Positions 35,990 through 44,551 of a DNA stretch of 64,000 nt are shown here, piece by piece (the stretch's first letter is position 1; the number at the start of each line of letters is the position of its first letter). The position numbers and the translations under genes are program-made. This DNA is from a virus: the IMG/VR virus record IMGVR_UViG_3300029651_000001, positions 1 to 64,000 of that record; one strand, given 5' to 3'. The notes below the pieces were generated by a model. The model was not told the origin of the DNA, made no database searches, and saw only the letters and a program-made list of their open reading frames with translations.

Positions 35990-36200
35990 TAAACTCCGGC
36001 GGGATCACTACGCCGTAGTGATAAGCGTCGAACCAGATAAGGGAGTCGGGCGGGAAGATCTCTTTCGGAAGAGACCTCAAGAAATAACACCCGGCCGTTC
36101 CTCCTTCGGTGATCTTGGAGCATAAAAGCCCCGCCGGCAGGGTAAGCTCCCCATATTCCCGAAAGTTAACCTTCGTCTCAGCCTTCAGTCTTGCAACCAT
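35973..36200 (-). CDS. Hypothetical protein (75 aa)
   Basis: ATG 36200 follows the leader motif at 36205. Confidence 0.55.
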   Translation of the reverse strand: MVARLKAETKVNFREYGELTLPAGLLCSKITEGGTAGCYFLRSLPKEIFPPDSLIWFDAYHYGVVIPPEFIEDSP

Positions 36201-36215
36201 GTGTTCTCCAAAGGG

Positions 36216-36482
36216 TTAGTGAACCGTAACGGACTCAAATCCGTCGACATGACTCCGCGTCATGTCGAGCAGCATGTTCGCGAAGCTGATCCAGTCCTGT
36301 AGGTTGTCCGGGCGACCTCTCAAGCGCTGCAAGTGCAAGTAGAGCTTGGCCTGCAGGTTGCAAAGGATCGACAGCTTCAGGAGGATCTCGTCCGCGGGAC
36401 TCTTAGCCAGGTCCTTGGTTTCTTTGGTTAGGAGAGCGCCGAGCTGGTCGGCGATCTCCTCGGGTTTGTTGAGGTTTGTCAT
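36216..36482 (-). CDS. Hypothetical protein (88 aa)
   Basis: ATG 36482 (MTNLNKP) in an ATGA overlap with the upstream stop. Confidence 0.55.
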   Translation of the reverse strand: MTNLNKPEEIADQLGALLTKETKDLAKSPADEILLKLSILCNLQAKLYLHLQRLRGRPDNLQDWISFANMLLDMTRSHVDGFESVTVH

Positions 36483-36736
36483 TGGTCCTCGCTTTCGCCT
36501 TCTCTCAGGCGCCATAGTTCACCAGCGATGTCGAACGGGTCGCTACAGTCGATTCCTTCCGCTAAGCAAGGGTTGTTAGGAAGATCGTCATAGATGTCTT
36601 CTTTCCTGTCGGATCTGGATAGTCCCGCTGACTCCATAATCATCCGACGGGTTGTCAGAAGCTCGTCTTCGTGGAATACGGATGTGGTCCAGCCTTCCGC
36701 TGTGATGTCGATCGTTACTCGGGTTGGTGTCTTCAC
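36479..36736 (-). CDS. Hypothetical protein (85 aa)
   Basis: GTG 36736 in a GTGA overlap with the stop of the upstream 53-aa ORF. Confidence 0.5.
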   Translation of the reverse strand: MKTPTRVTIDITAEGWTTSVFHEDELLTTRRMIMESAGLSRSDRKEDIYDDLPNNPCLAEGIDCSDPFDIAGELWRLREGESEDQ

Positions 36737-36894
36737 GCTGCCTCCTCGATGGACTTGTCTAAGGTCAGGTCCTTAAGCTTCTCTTCCCTCTCGGCCTGCT
36801 GTCGGCGGAGGCGTTCCTCCGGCGTAAGGTCGTCGGCCAAGTGGCGGGCGCAATCAAGGACTACGGGGTCAGGAAGTTCAGGAAGTTCCGGCAT
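36733..36894 (-). CDS. Small ORF (53 aa, below the track cutoff)
   Basis: Hand translation gives MPELPELPDPVVLDCARHLADDLTPEERLRRQQAEREEKLKDLTLDKSIEEAA. TTGGAGGGTGAAG RBS. Coupled downstream. Confidence 0.5.
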   Translation of the reverse strand: MPELPELPDPVVLDCARHLADDLTPEERLRRQQAEREEKLKDLTLDKSIEEAA

Positions 36895-36910
36895 CTTCAC
36901 CCTCCAAGAG

Positions 36911-37234
36911 TTATCTGTGCGGCCTGATAAGCACCGCGATCTGCGCGATCTCTCGGGTGTTCTCGATATCGCGGATACCTTTGTCGTCAGCGATCCGGCT
37001 GCCGATGACTTCGCCGATGGCGCCGTGAAGGCCCTCCTGGTCGCTGTTGGCCCAGGCGCGATTGATGATGATGTGCGCCCAGTAGTTACCGTCGCTGGTA
37101 CGGGCGACCTCGATCGCGCCCCCCGGGAATTCGATGATGTGCTCCGCTGACTCGGGCTTTTTGGCCTTGTCGCCGAAGAGTTCGATGCGCTTGGGGGCGC
37201 GTTTGAATTGGTACAGTTTGGCTGTGGCGGCCAT
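36911..37234 (-). CDS. Hypothetical protein (107 aa)
   Basis: ATG 37234 (MAATAKLYQF) follows the leader motif at 37240. Confidence 0.6.
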   Translation of the reverse strand: MAATAKLYQFKRAPKRIELFGDKAKKPESAEHIIEFPGGAIEVARTSDGNYWAHIIINRAWANSDQEGLHGAIGEVIGSRIADDKGIRDIENTREIAQIAVLIRPHR

Positions 37235-37251
37235 GGTTGTCTCCAAAGGGA

Positions 37252-37509
37252 TCATTGAGCGGGACAGGGTTCCGGGTTCCAAAGGACGTAGTACACGCTC
37301 ACCACGTCACGTAATCCTCGCAACTTGCGAACGGCTTCTTCGATGTCGTCCTTGGTGTGGTGGGGTTCCCAGAAAAGGGTGAAGTCGGCGCCGGCCCGAC
37401 TGGCTAACTTAGAGGTGAAGTAAACGCCGTTGACACACTCGTGATTCCTGACTGCCCAGCAGTATTCGCGCCGGTAGAAGGCTTCGTCGAAGGTTTTAAT
37501 TTCCCGCAT
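37252..37509 (-). CDS. Hypothetical protein (85 aa)
   Basis: ATG 37509 (MREIKTF) with a GAGGT RBS. Confidence 0.55.
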   Translation of the reverse strand: MREIKTFDEAFYRREYCWAVRNHECVNGVYFTSKLASRAGADFTLFWEPHHTKDDIEEAVRKLRGLRDVVSVYYVLWNPEPCPAQ

Positions 37510-37873
37510 GATTGACCTCGAGTGCTGTCTCCCAAGCCTGGAAGTCGTTGGCGAAAGATTCACTGGCGTCCATGGAAACGTAATCGTCGCCCTGCATGCC
37601 CATCTCCGAGTAGCCTAGCCAACCTTTGCAAGGTATTCCTTGCTCTTCGAAGTGCTGTAGGACTTCTTTGAGGAATTCTGGATCGGTGTGGATGAGGCCG
37701 TCGGTGGCTGTGTCCCAGGTGGTTGGGTCAAAGAACAGGCGCAGCTCGGCGGCGATGAACTCCCCGTCCTCTTTGTACACGTCGAGTTCCAGGCCCGTGA
37801 TGTGAACGGTTGTTTGCTTGGTGGACCAGTAGCCGGTTCCGTCAGTACGGAACCAAAGGTTGGTTGCGATCAT
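37496..37873 (-). CDS. Hypothetical protein (125 aa)
   Basis: ATG 37873 follows the leader motif at 37881. Confidence 0.6.
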   Translation of the reverse strand: MIATNLWFRTDGTGYWSTKQTTVHITGLELDVYKEDGEFIAAELRLFFDPTTWDTATDGLIHTDPEFLKEVLQHFEEQGIPCKGWLGYSEMGMQGDDYVSMDASESFANDFQAWETALEVNHAGN

Positions 37874-37891
37874 GGGTTGACCTCCAAAGGG

Positions 37892-37907
37892 TTAAGTACA
37901 TGTCCTT
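37892..37907 (-). promoter_or_regulatory. Oriented TTAAGGAC-NN-GTACTTAA-type site fused to the leader motif
   Basis: + strand reads TTAAGTACATGTCCTT, immediately 5' (in transcript sense) of AACCCTTTGGAGG. Confidence 0.5.
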
Positions 37908-37929
37908 GGCGCCGCGTGCTGGCGGCGCC
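37908..37929 (-). terminator. Intergenic stem-loop, CAGCAC-loop class
   Basis: + strand reads GGCGCCGC GTGCTG GCGGCGCC (8-bp stem). Confidence 0.65.
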
Positions 37930-37933
37930 CAAC

Positions 37934-38239
37934 CTACTTAATAATCTCGGTTTCGACGTCTTCCTCCCACTCCTCGTATTTAATGGGCGCATCCTTACCT
38001 TGCTCACCCTGAACGCAAGTCTCCGTCCAAGCGGCATATCCGAGCCCTTCGATATACAAACTCGTGGGTGGGCAGTGGCAGGCTAGCTGCTGCGCCACGT
38101 ACTCGAACAAGGCGTCCGGATGGCTGTCCAGCTTGAACATGTAAGACTCAAACTCCGCCCTATACTCAGGCGTCAGGAGGTGGTCGGGAATATCAATCTC
38201 GTATTCCCGTTCGGTGATGACTCTGACTTTCTTCTTCAT
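37934..38239 (-). CDS. Hypothetical protein (101 aa)
   Basis: ATG 38239 (MKKKVRV) in an ATGA overlap. Confidence 0.55.
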   Translation of the reverse strand: MKKKVRVITEREYEIDIPDHLLTPEYRAEFESYMFKLDSHPDALFEYVAQQLACHCPPTSLYIEGLGYAAWTETCVQGEQGKDAPIKYEEWEEDVETEIIK

Positions 38240-38433
38240 GCCGGCAACTCCCCATGTCGTACCCAATACACCAACTCTCCCCCAGACAGGGAGTCCGCAG
38301 TCAGTGATTGGGTGTTGTCATCGGGCACGTAGCCGTGCCTGTCCAGGTAGTCCGACTTGGCGGACTCGATGGTGTACTGGTCGAGGCTGTAGACCTCAAC
38401 GCCATTAGGTCCGGTTACTCTTAACAGTTTCAT
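38236..38433 (-). CDS. Hypothetical protein (65 aa)
   Basis: ATGA overlap with the upstream gene. Confidence 0.5.
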   Translation of the reverse strand: MKLLRVTGPNGVEVYSLDQYTIESAKSDYLDRHGYVPDDNTQSLTADSLSGGELVYWVRHGELPA

Positions 38434-38600
38434 GTTGTTCTCTTCGTTCTAGCTCGTTGTTCCGCAAGATAGCTCTGCACCGCCTTCTCCGGCGTCGACA
38501 TCCAATGCCAGCCGTCCGGATGTTTGAAGAGCTCTTGCCCGGTCACCTCCCCACGCTTGGTGAGGAGGTCGTAGGTTTGGCCTTTGTAGTCGAAGGTCAT
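38430..38600 (-). CDS. Hypothetical protein (56 aa)
   Basis: ATG 38600 (MTFDYKGQTY) in an ATGA overlap. The track's N-terminal extension was dropped. Confidence 0.5.
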   Translation of the reverse strand: MTFDYKGQTYDLLTKRGEVTGQELFKHPDGWHWMSTPEKAVQSYLAEQRARTKRTT

Positions 38601-39049
38601 GCTGTATCCCAGGGCGCGTGTTTCCACATGTCGAGATCCCTTATGATGCCTTCGGCGAGGTCTCGCCGAATCTCCATCAGCTCCTTGTACGTCCGGCACC
38701 GCGGCACATCTCCTTCCGCGCACTGATACAATAAACAGTCCATGGCCTTGTACCAGTCCGTCTTTAGGGTTGGCGATGGGTCGTGAAGTAAAGAAATGAA
38801 TTCGAACTTGAAGTCATCCAGAGGAATTCCGTCGGATTCCACTGTCCCTCGGCCGTAGCGCTGGTCCACGGCCTCGGAGTTCATGGCGAACAACCGCTTG
38901 CCGAGTTCGGTTAAGGCTTCTTCTTGCTGCGTAACGGAGTCGGTCGGAACAAAAACCTCGGCAAGGGTGAAAGCTTTCCAGTTCTTAGCCTGAACGATGT
39001 CTTGCAGGACGCGACACATGGTTGCGTCTGAGACGATGAATGCTGACAT
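38597..39049 (-). CDS. Hypothetical protein (150 aa)
   Basis: ATG 39049 (MSAFIVSD) follows the leader motif at 39056. The track extension to 39268 is Arg/Pro/Thr-rich off-frame-like sequence. Confidence 0.6.
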   Translation of the reverse strand: MSAFIVSDATMCRVLQDIVQAKNWKAFTLAEVFVPTDSVTQQEEALTELGKRLFAMNSEAVDQRYGRGTVESDGIPLDDFKFEFISLLHDPSPTLKTDWYKAMDCLLYQCAEGDVPRCRTYKELMEIRRDLAEGIIRDLDMWKHAPWDTA

Positions 39050-39098
39050 GCAATTTCTCCAAAGGGTTAGACTGCTTGTGCTGGGCGCCGCTAGCCGA

Positions 39099-39398
39099 CT
39101 ACGTGGCGTTCTCGTTGCCGTGCTTCTTCGGCGGCCACTCCGGCTCCACCCATCCGGGATGCACGCCGATCTTCTCGGCGATCGAGTCAACGTCAGACCA
39201 GATCTGAACGGTGTGGTCGTTATCCGCGGGGTACGCCACGACGTCGGTGTTCTCGGCCAGCTCCGCAAACTTCTGGGGAGTGAAATTCAACCGGTGCCAC
39301 AGAGCGCGGACGTCGTCCGGATTCTCGAGTACGATCTCGAGGCGGATAGGGTTTTCAGGGGTGGGTGCGTGAATGGTGGATACGATTGCTGATTTCAT
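39099..39398 (-). CDS. Hypothetical protein (99 aa)
   Basis: ATG 39398 follows the leader motif at 39403. Confidence 0.6.
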   Translation of the reverse strand: MKSAIVSTIHAPTPENPIRLEIVLENPDDVRALWHRLNFTPQKFAELAENTDVVAYPADNDHTVQIWSDVDSIAEKIGVHPGWVEPEWPPKKHGNENAT

Positions 39399-39418
39399 AT
39401 TGTCTCCAAAGGGTTGAA

Positions 39419-39437
39419 GGCGCCTGTGCTGGGCGCC
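39419..39437 (-). terminator. Intergenic stem-loop, conserved CAGCACA-loop class
   Basis: + strand reads GGCGCC TGTGCTG GGCGCC. Confidence 0.6.
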
Positions 39438-39440
39438 GGA

Positions 39441-39680
39441 TCAAAAGCGTCGAAGGTTCTTGTATTCGCGGGAGATTCTCTCACCTCGTATAAAGTCGTC
39501 CGCCAGATTCTCCAGGGCCACGCCGAACAGGAGGCCTCGGCTGTGGTTGTCTGGATCGATTGCGCCCGAATCAAGCAGGCGCTTGACCTCTGCTAAGAAC
39601 TGGTCTTTGATTTCTTCAGCCCGCTTCCGGGCAAGGAGTTGAGTCTCTTCCCGATAGGTTAGATTGGGTCTCCAAACCAT
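39441..39680 (-). CDS. Hypothetical protein (79 aa)
   Basis: ATG 39680 with a GAGGA RBS. Confidence 0.55.
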   Translation of the reverse strand: MVWRPNLTYREETQLLARKRAEEIKDQFLAEVKRLLDSGAIDPDNHSRGLLFGVALENLADDFIRGERISREYKNLRRF

Positions 39681-39689
39681 TGCAGTCCT

Positions 39690-39959
39690 CTAGGCTACGG
39701 TCAGAGACTCGACATCCTTGATGATGTCGTACTGTTGTACGAAGACGCTGTACTCTTCCCAGTCGATCCTGTCCTCGTGGATGACTATAGCGACCTTGTG
39801 TATCCCGCTCCCTGTGAGGTTCAAGGTCCTTAGAATCACAAGGCGATTCATGGCTACGTCCGCAACGCCTTTACGCTGCGCTATGACAAGGCGTCCGCCC
39901 GGCGGCAGGCTGCTCACTGCTTCTTTAATCTTTGGTAAAGAAAGTTCTATTGGGTGCAT
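39690..39959 (-). CDS. Hypothetical protein (89 aa)
   Basis: ATG 39959 (MHPIELSL) follows the leader motif at 39965. Confidence 0.6.
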   Translation of the reverse strand: MHPIELSLPKIKEAVSSLPPGGRLVIAQRKGVADVAMNRLVILRTLNLTGSGIHKVAIVIHEDRIDWEEYSVFVQQYDIIKDVESLTVA

Positions 39960-39980
39960 ATTCGTCTCCAAAGGGTTGGT

Positions 39981-40157
39981 CTAGTGTTGTTCAAACATAT
40001 CTACAAGCTTTCGCAACTGTTTTTTACGATCGTTGGACAACGACTGGGCAGCCCATATGCTGTCACTACAAAGTAGGTCAACGAGATCGTCGGCTGTGAT
40101 ACGTTCTTCGTCGAGCTCGTTGTCGAGATCGATCTTTACGGTGAGGGTAGTAGCCAT
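39981..40157 (-). CDS. Hypothetical protein (58 aa)
   Basis: ATG 40157 (MATTLTVKID) with a GAGAAGGTG RBS. Confidence 0.5.
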   Translation of the reverse strand: MATTLTVKIDLDNELDEERITADDLVDLLCSDSIWAAQSLSNDRKKQLRKLVDMFEQH

Positions 40158-40161
40158 AAAG

Positions 40162-40569
40162 TCACACCTTCTCGTAAATGTGGAAACAGAGCGCTTCATC
40201 TATCTCAGGCTCATCGTAAAGGTACTCACACTGCGGATCCTGACTGCCGATATACTCGCCCCACTTGTGCCAGCGCCAGCCGCCTTCCGGTGGTTGGTCG
40301 TCCTTGCGGATACGGGTAAGCGTAACGACAAACTGTCTGTCGCTATTCTCCAACTCGGGACATTTCTCGAGGAGGTTATCCAGGTTGTCGCAGACGCCGT
40401 AAGGGCCGACCGTAGTTTCGGGCCAGCTGTCGTAGTCGCGTAAAAAGTGGCTTCCGCCGAAGTGGTGTATCTCGTACACGCCTGGTCGTAGCTCCTGTCC
40501 AGGTTTTCCCTCAGCCAGTGCGTACAAGATAGGGTCGAGGGATAACGCGCGTGGTTCGCTGATTAGCAT
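40162..40569 (-). CDS. Hypothetical protein (135 aa)
   Basis: ATG 40569 follows the leader motif at 40577. Confidence 0.6.
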   Translation of the reverse strand: MLISEPRALSLDPILYALAEGKPGQELRPGVYEIHHFGGSHFLRDYDSWPETTVGPYGVCDNLDNLLEKCPELENSDRQFVVTLTRIRKDDQPPEGGWRWHKWGEYIGSQDPQCEYLYDEPEIDEALCFHIYEKV

Positions 40570-40698
40570 TCCTGTGTCTCCAAAGGTTAAGAAAAATCAC
40601 ACCGGTCGATCCGATCCATCAGGCACATCTCGAATGCCAACGGGTGACCGGGTTGGTGGTTTGCCGGATTTCGTCGACGATGCCCTGGGAGGTTTTCC

Positions 40699-40944
40699 TC
40701 ACCATAACCTCCGCCACAGCCTCTTCCACCAAGGCACCTTACGCATAGCCTCCCGGATCGGGGTCGTCATCCGTCGCCACAAATAATCGAACTCCAGCAT
40801 CTCGTCCAGGTCACCGCCAACTGCGACCCAAGCAGAATCCCTGTAGACAAGAGGTTTACTAAGGAACCGGACATTCGCGGCTTTGACTACTTCTTGCAAG
40901 TCTCCTAGTCGACCCGCGTCGACTCTGAAATACCTTGAAATCAC
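40699..40944 (-). CDS. Hypothetical protein (81 aa)
   Basis: GTG 40944 in a GTGA overlap, with AGGAGGG upstream. Trp/Arg-rich C-terminus WWKRLWRRLW. Confidence 0.5.
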   Translation of the reverse strand: MISRYFRVDAGRLGDLQEVVKAANVRFLSKPLVYRDSAWVAVGGDLDEMLEFDYLWRRMTTPIREAMRKVPWWKRLWRRLW

Positions 40945-41357
40945 CACACCCTCCTATAAAGGGTGCACAAGTCATACGGTGCGGCGCCTTCGGTGACCCA
41001 GATCTCGTCGTACTCGCCATCCGTAGTGACCACGATTGCTCCGGCAAGGCTCCCCATGTCAGGGGCGTATTGGTTCCGGAGTTCGTCGAGGGTGCTGCTG
41101 TCGGTGACCAAGGTACCCTGCAAGGCATCAAGGTATCTGTGGCTGGTCGGGAACAACTTGTTTCTCAGCCGGAAGATACAACCATCCATACTTCTGATGG
41201 TGTTCTCAGCCGTGCTAAGGTCTTCCTTGAGCTCACCAAGGGTTTCCTGCTCCTCATCGAGCCATGCCTCGATTCGCTCGGCCAACAGTTTAGCGAGCGG
41301 GTTGTCGTGGGCGTCCAGGGCAAGGGTGATGAGTTCGTCGGTGGTGAGGTGATTCAT
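40941..41357 (-). CDS. Hypothetical protein (138 aa)
   Basis: ATGA overlap with the upstream gene. Confidence 0.55.
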   Translation of the reverse strand: MNHLTTDELITLALDAHDNPLAKLLAERIEAWLDEEQETLGELKEDLSTAENTIRSMDGCIFRLRNKLFPTSHRYLDALQGTLVTDSSTLDELRNQYAPDMGSLAGAIVVTTDGEYDEIWVTEGAAPYDLCTLYRRVW

Positions 41358-41560
41358 CTCACTCCTCCGGTGTTGATCAACACGAACTGCCCGTCACGGT
41401 ATTCTGTGTGGCACACCACTCGTAGGTTTATGTCCAGTAAAGACCCGCCACCGTTGCGGGCAGCGGCGCACTCAACCAGCTCCTGCTTGGCAGACTTAAG
41501 GCCCTTGGCGTGGGCGTGTCGGCAGATGCCGTCGTACCAGCTGATAAAGAAAGTTTTCAT
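41354..41560 (-). CDS. Hypothetical protein (68 aa)
   Basis: ATG 41560 (MKTFFISWYD) follows CCTTTGGGAAC, a leader-motif variant. Confidence 0.5.
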   Translation of the reverse strand: MKTFFISWYDGICRHAHAKGLKSAKQELVECAAARNGGGSLLDINLRVVCHTEYRDGQFVLINTGGVR

Positions 41561-41810
41561 CGATTCGGTTCCCAAAGGTGGTTTATGTGAGCAAATCCTG
41601 CAATACCATTGAGGCGTGCTCGATAGCATCTTCGAGTGTGGGAAAGTGGATCATCGTCGTCCCTCCCTTCTGGCTGGGCTCTCCCGATGGCTTCCAGTAA
41701 ATCCCGTTTAGCTTAAGGGAAACCCCTCTAGCTACCGGTATGACCACTCCAACTTCCACCCCCCTTGTACTTCAGGTAGTAGATACCATTAGGCGAACGC
41801 CGTTTGGTTA

Positions 41811-42176
41811 TCATGACGGCAGCTCCGGCAGATCGATCTCGTCGCCGTATTTGCTGGCGACGAAGCAGCGCATGGCGGCAATGAGGGGTGTAGAACCACT
41901 TTGCACGCAAACCCAAGAGTCACTCGGAAACGCTCGCCACTCAGCTTCGCCCCAAGTGTTCTTAGACATCTTGGCAGCTTCGCGAATACGGACGATTGCG
42001 ATGCCTTGCTGCTCGATGATCGGTCCACCGAACATCCACTCTGTGGAGTATCGGAACGGGGCTGGTAGGTACAAGTTACCTGCTTTAAGGACACGCCCTT
42101 CAACGGCCCACCCTTCCCACAGAGCGACAGCCAGATCTAGGTAAACACCTTCAAGGTCGCAGACTCTGTGTTTCAT
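41811..42176 (-). CDS. NinX/DUF2591-like protein
   Basis: LEGVYLDLAVALWEGW...GGPIIEQQGIAI...GSTPLIAAMRCFVASKYGDEIDLP matches my memory of that phage family. Confidence 0.55.
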   Translation of the reverse strand: MKHRVCDLEGVYLDLAVALWEGWAVEGRVLKAGNLYLPAPFRYSTEWMFGGPIIEQQGIAIVRIREAAKMSKNTWGEAEWRAFPSDSWVCVQSGSTPLIAAMRCFVASKYGDEIDLPELPS

Positions 42177-42179
42177 GTC

Positions 42180-42365
42180 TTATTCCTCCTCGATCCTGAC
42201 GCTTTCACCCTGGCACAGCGCCATGTAGACCTGCCGCCAGCCGATGAGGAGGGCGCTGTAGGTGGTGTACCCTAGGTGATCTCGCTCAAACTCAGTCTGC
42301 TTCTCAATAGCTAGACGCAGTGCGGCCTTGAGGTTTGATCGCTTCATGGTTACGGGTTTGGACAT
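42180..42365 (-). CDS. Hypothetical protein (61 aa)
   Basis: ATG 42365 (MSKPVTM) with a GGAGGAG RBS. Confidence 0.5.
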   Translation of the reverse strand: MSKPVTMKRSNLKAALRLAIEKQTEFERDHLGYTTYSALLIGWRQVYMALCQGESVRIEEE

Positions 42366-42369
42366 CGGA

Positions 42370-42738
42370 TTACTCCTCCCACTCGACCGGGACCGTGGCG
42401 ACATGGCCAACATCTACCTCGGCTAAGGCATCTTCCTCAGTGGGGTATACAGCTCCGGCAAACGGGTTCAGTTCACTAGCGGCTTTATATATGTTGATCC
42501 ACCCCCGCTTCTTGACGGGGGCCATGACGAGGTCATGGTTCGATTTTCTATTTGTGAGGTATCTCCCTTCGGGAGTGTAAGTATATATACCCTCGTCCCC
42601 GTCCACGGGATTAAGGACGAGGGCTACTATCGGGTATCGGGTTGTCGCTCGGTCAAAGCAAAGGATCCGAGCCGGGTCACCGTTTCGGGTTTGTACCGGG
42701 GCGCCGGCTAGGGCTGCTTCAAGATCAAGAGGCTTCAT
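42370..42738 (-). CDS. Hypothetical protein (122 aa)
   Basis: ATG 42738 follows the leader motif at 42745. Confidence 0.6.
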   Translation of the reverse strand: MKPLDLEAALAGAPVQTRNGDPARILCFDRATTRYPIVALVLNPVDGDEGIYTYTPEGRYLTNRKSNHDLVMAPVKKRGWINIYKAASELNPFAGAVYPTEEDALAEVDVGHVATVPVEWEE

Positions 42739-42866
42739 GGTTACCCTCCAAAGGGTTGTTTACTGATCTTTATGTCCTTGGGTCGGTGGGACCAGGCTGT
42801 GACCCTACGGCCGATGCTTGTTGACTGCGCAAACGGTGCGCAGCCAAAGGTTCCTTAACCGTTTGA

Positions 42867-43169
42867 TCATGAGTGAAAGCTCCACTCGCAGGGCTTAAGC
42901 TCATCTTCGCCCGGCAGGCTGCCGCGGTAGACGGCGCCCAAGGTGAATCGGTGGACGGATTGGGTGCTGGTGTAACCGGCGACGAACTCCATCTGCCGTT
43001 TGTTGAAGTAAATGGAGACCCTGTCGTAGGCGTCCGGGCAGAAAGTGGCAAGCCGGCCGATCGCCTGCTGCATCTTGAGTATGCCGTCGGCGCCGTACAG
43101 CCTGTAGAGTTCGGCCTCAGTGTTCTGGAGGTCGGTGGGGTCGACGTGGAATTCAATCGTTCTCGACAT
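42867..43169 (-). CDS. Hypothetical protein (100 aa)
   Basis: ATG 43169 (MSRTIEFH) follows the leader motif at 43175. Confidence 0.6.
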   Translation of the reverse strand: MSRTIEFHVDPTDLQNTEAELYRLYGADGILKMQQAIGRLATFCPDAYDRVSIYFNKRQMEFVAGYTSTQSVHRFTLGAVYRGSLPGEDELKPCEWSFHS

Positions 43170-43186
43170 GGTTTGCTCCAAAGGGT

Positions 43187-43204
43187 TTAAGTACAGGTCC
43201 TTAA
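43187..43204 (-). promoter_or_regulatory. Oriented TTAAGGAC-NN-GTACTTAA site fused to the leader motif
   Basis: + strand reads TTAAGTAC AG GTCCTTAA. In transcript sense it is TTAAGGACCTGTACTTAAACCCTTTGGAGC. Confidence 0.55.
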
Positions 43205-43233
43205 CGCGGACCAGACGGTTAACTCAACAGGTG

Positions 43234-43569
43234 CTACCGGCCACCAGCTTGGGTGTCTTCAAAAGGGTCAGATTCCTGCTTGCTTTCGCTGGCCCTCATC
43301 TTTTCCGCCACATAGTGAAGCGCTATCAATCCACAAGTCAGCAGCCCTTCGACCGGGTCCGTTTTCTCTTTCCAGCTAGGGTAAGCGCTGGAAATGTCGT
43401 AAAGTCGACCCCGCATCATAACAAGCTGGTCGCTAATGTCCTCGATAATCTGGCTCAGGGGTTTACGGAAATCCGTGCCGTAAACCGGACGTTCTCTTGC
43501 CTTTTCTGCCAATTTCCGCAGACCTTCCTGAGTCCATCTACCGCATTCGCTGCAGTGTTCTTCTGACAT
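43234..43569 (-). CDS. Hypothetical protein (111 aa)
   Basis: ATG 43569 (MSEEHCSECG) with a GGAGAAA RBS. Confidence 0.55.
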   Translation of the reverse strand: MSEEHCSECGRWTQEGLRKLAEKARERPVYGTDFRKPLSQIIEDISDQLVMMRGRLYDISSAYPSWKEKTDPVEGLLTCGLIALHYVAEKMRASESKQESDPFEDTQAGGR

Positions 43570-43583
43570 AAGTTTCTCCGTGG

Positions 43584-43727
43584 TTAGAGTTTGGGGATAC
43601 CAAAGATCGCCGCGGCTAACAAAAACCAACCCCAATCAGGGCTCCCGCGGTGGGCCAACACGCCTGACGTCACGACACATGTCAGGGTGATGACAACTTG
43701 GGAGAGAATATGGATTGTTTCAAGCAT
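43584..43727 (-). CDS. Small two-TM membrane protein (47 aa, below the track cutoff)
   Basis: Hand translation gives MLETIHILSQVVITLTCVVTSGVLAHRGSPDWGWFLLAAAIFGIPKL. GAGGAG RBS 5 nt upstream. Confidence 0.5.
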   Translation of the reverse strand: MLETIHILSQVVITLTCVVTSGVLAHRGSPDWGWFLLAAAIFGIPKL

Positions 43728-43770
43728 TAGTACTCCTCTATGAAGCCCGCCCAGATCACTAACTTGATTG

Positions 43771-43983
43771 TTATGTCTCGCATAGCCTCGGGGCCCTCTT
43801 CAGCCGTCTTGCCTTCTTCGCCTTGCGTCGCTCCTCGGCCACGGCCAGGGCACGTTTGTCAGCCTCGGGGTCCTGCTTCTTAGGTAGCGCACGAGGCTGA
43901 GGCTGCGGGAGAGCCAGATCCAGTAGGCCGGGCCGCAGCGTGGCAAGAAGCCCCAGAGCAAGCAACGGGCTTCTACTTTTCAT
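43771..43983 (-). CDS. Secreted basic small protein (70 aa)
   Basis: ATG 43983 with a GGAGGTG RBS. Signal-like MKSRSPLLALGLLATL, then a K/R/A-rich tail. Confidence 0.5.
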   Translation of the reverse strand: MKSRSPLLALGLLATLRPGLLDLALPQPQPRALPKKQDPEADKRALAVAEERRKAKKARRLKRAPRLCET

Positions 43984-44551
43984 CCAGCACCTCCGTGCAA
44001 TGCATTGCAAGGACTTCATAGGCTACCTGGCTTAGCTCATGCTCCATGCTCTCTTTGCTTTCGAAAATACCAGTCGTGAACACATATCCCATCTTGTCCC
44101 GATACAAGGCGTAGTGAACCTTCCTGATCTTCGGTTTCATGTAAAGAAAAGGTTCACCGAGACAGCCGTAGCCTTGCGCAGAGAGTGCGTGAACTCCCCC
44201 GGTATTGAGGTTAATCGTCACTACGCGGAATGCTGGACGCGCTTCCGTAACATAGGCAACGAATTTATGCTCGCTGCCGTCAGTGTCCACGGCCAGCTGG
44301 CCGGCCTTGAAAGCCTCCAAATTAAAAGGAATTCTGTTCACGTTTTCAGTCTCCAAAGGGTTGCGCAGGATTTTTAATTCCTCGGTAGGTCCGTATAACG
44401 CCATGGCCGGCTCGCCACCATTACCGTAATCCGTATACACCTTGAGCAGTCCATCTTGGGTTCTCACCACCCGGACGACCCGCTCGTTGTGTTTGGGGCC
44501 TCGATGACCAATCCAATCACCAGGCATGAGGTCCTTAGCCTCAATCTTCAT
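43973..44551 (-). CDS. Hypothetical protein (192 aa)
   Basis: ATG 44551 follows the leader motif at 44559. An in-frame internal leader motif plus GTG lies at 44350-44362. Confidence 0.6.
   Translation of the reverse strand: MKIEAKDLMPGDWIGHRGPKHNERVVRVVRTQDGLLKVYTDYGNGGEPAMALYGPTEELKILRNPLETENVNRIPFNLEAFKAGQLAVDTDGSEHKFVAYVTEARPAFRVVTINLNTGGVHALSAQGYGCLGEPFLYMKPKIRKVHYALYRDKMGYVFTTGIFESKESMEHELSQVAYEVLAMHCTEVLDEK

Noticed and set aside
39071-39098. TTGTGCTGG between genes, which looked like another CAGCACA-loop hairpin.
   Set aside because: I could not find complementary flanking arms, so it is at best a decayed copy and was not counted.
41728-41815. 28-codon ORF MITKRRSPNGIYYLKYKGGGSWSGHTGS, coupled (ATGA) to the NinX-like gene. 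The GIYYLKY string recalls integrase arm-binding N-termini.
   Set aside because: It is far too short and no catalytic integrase domain follows. The resemblance rests on a few residues. It is not reported as a pseudogene.
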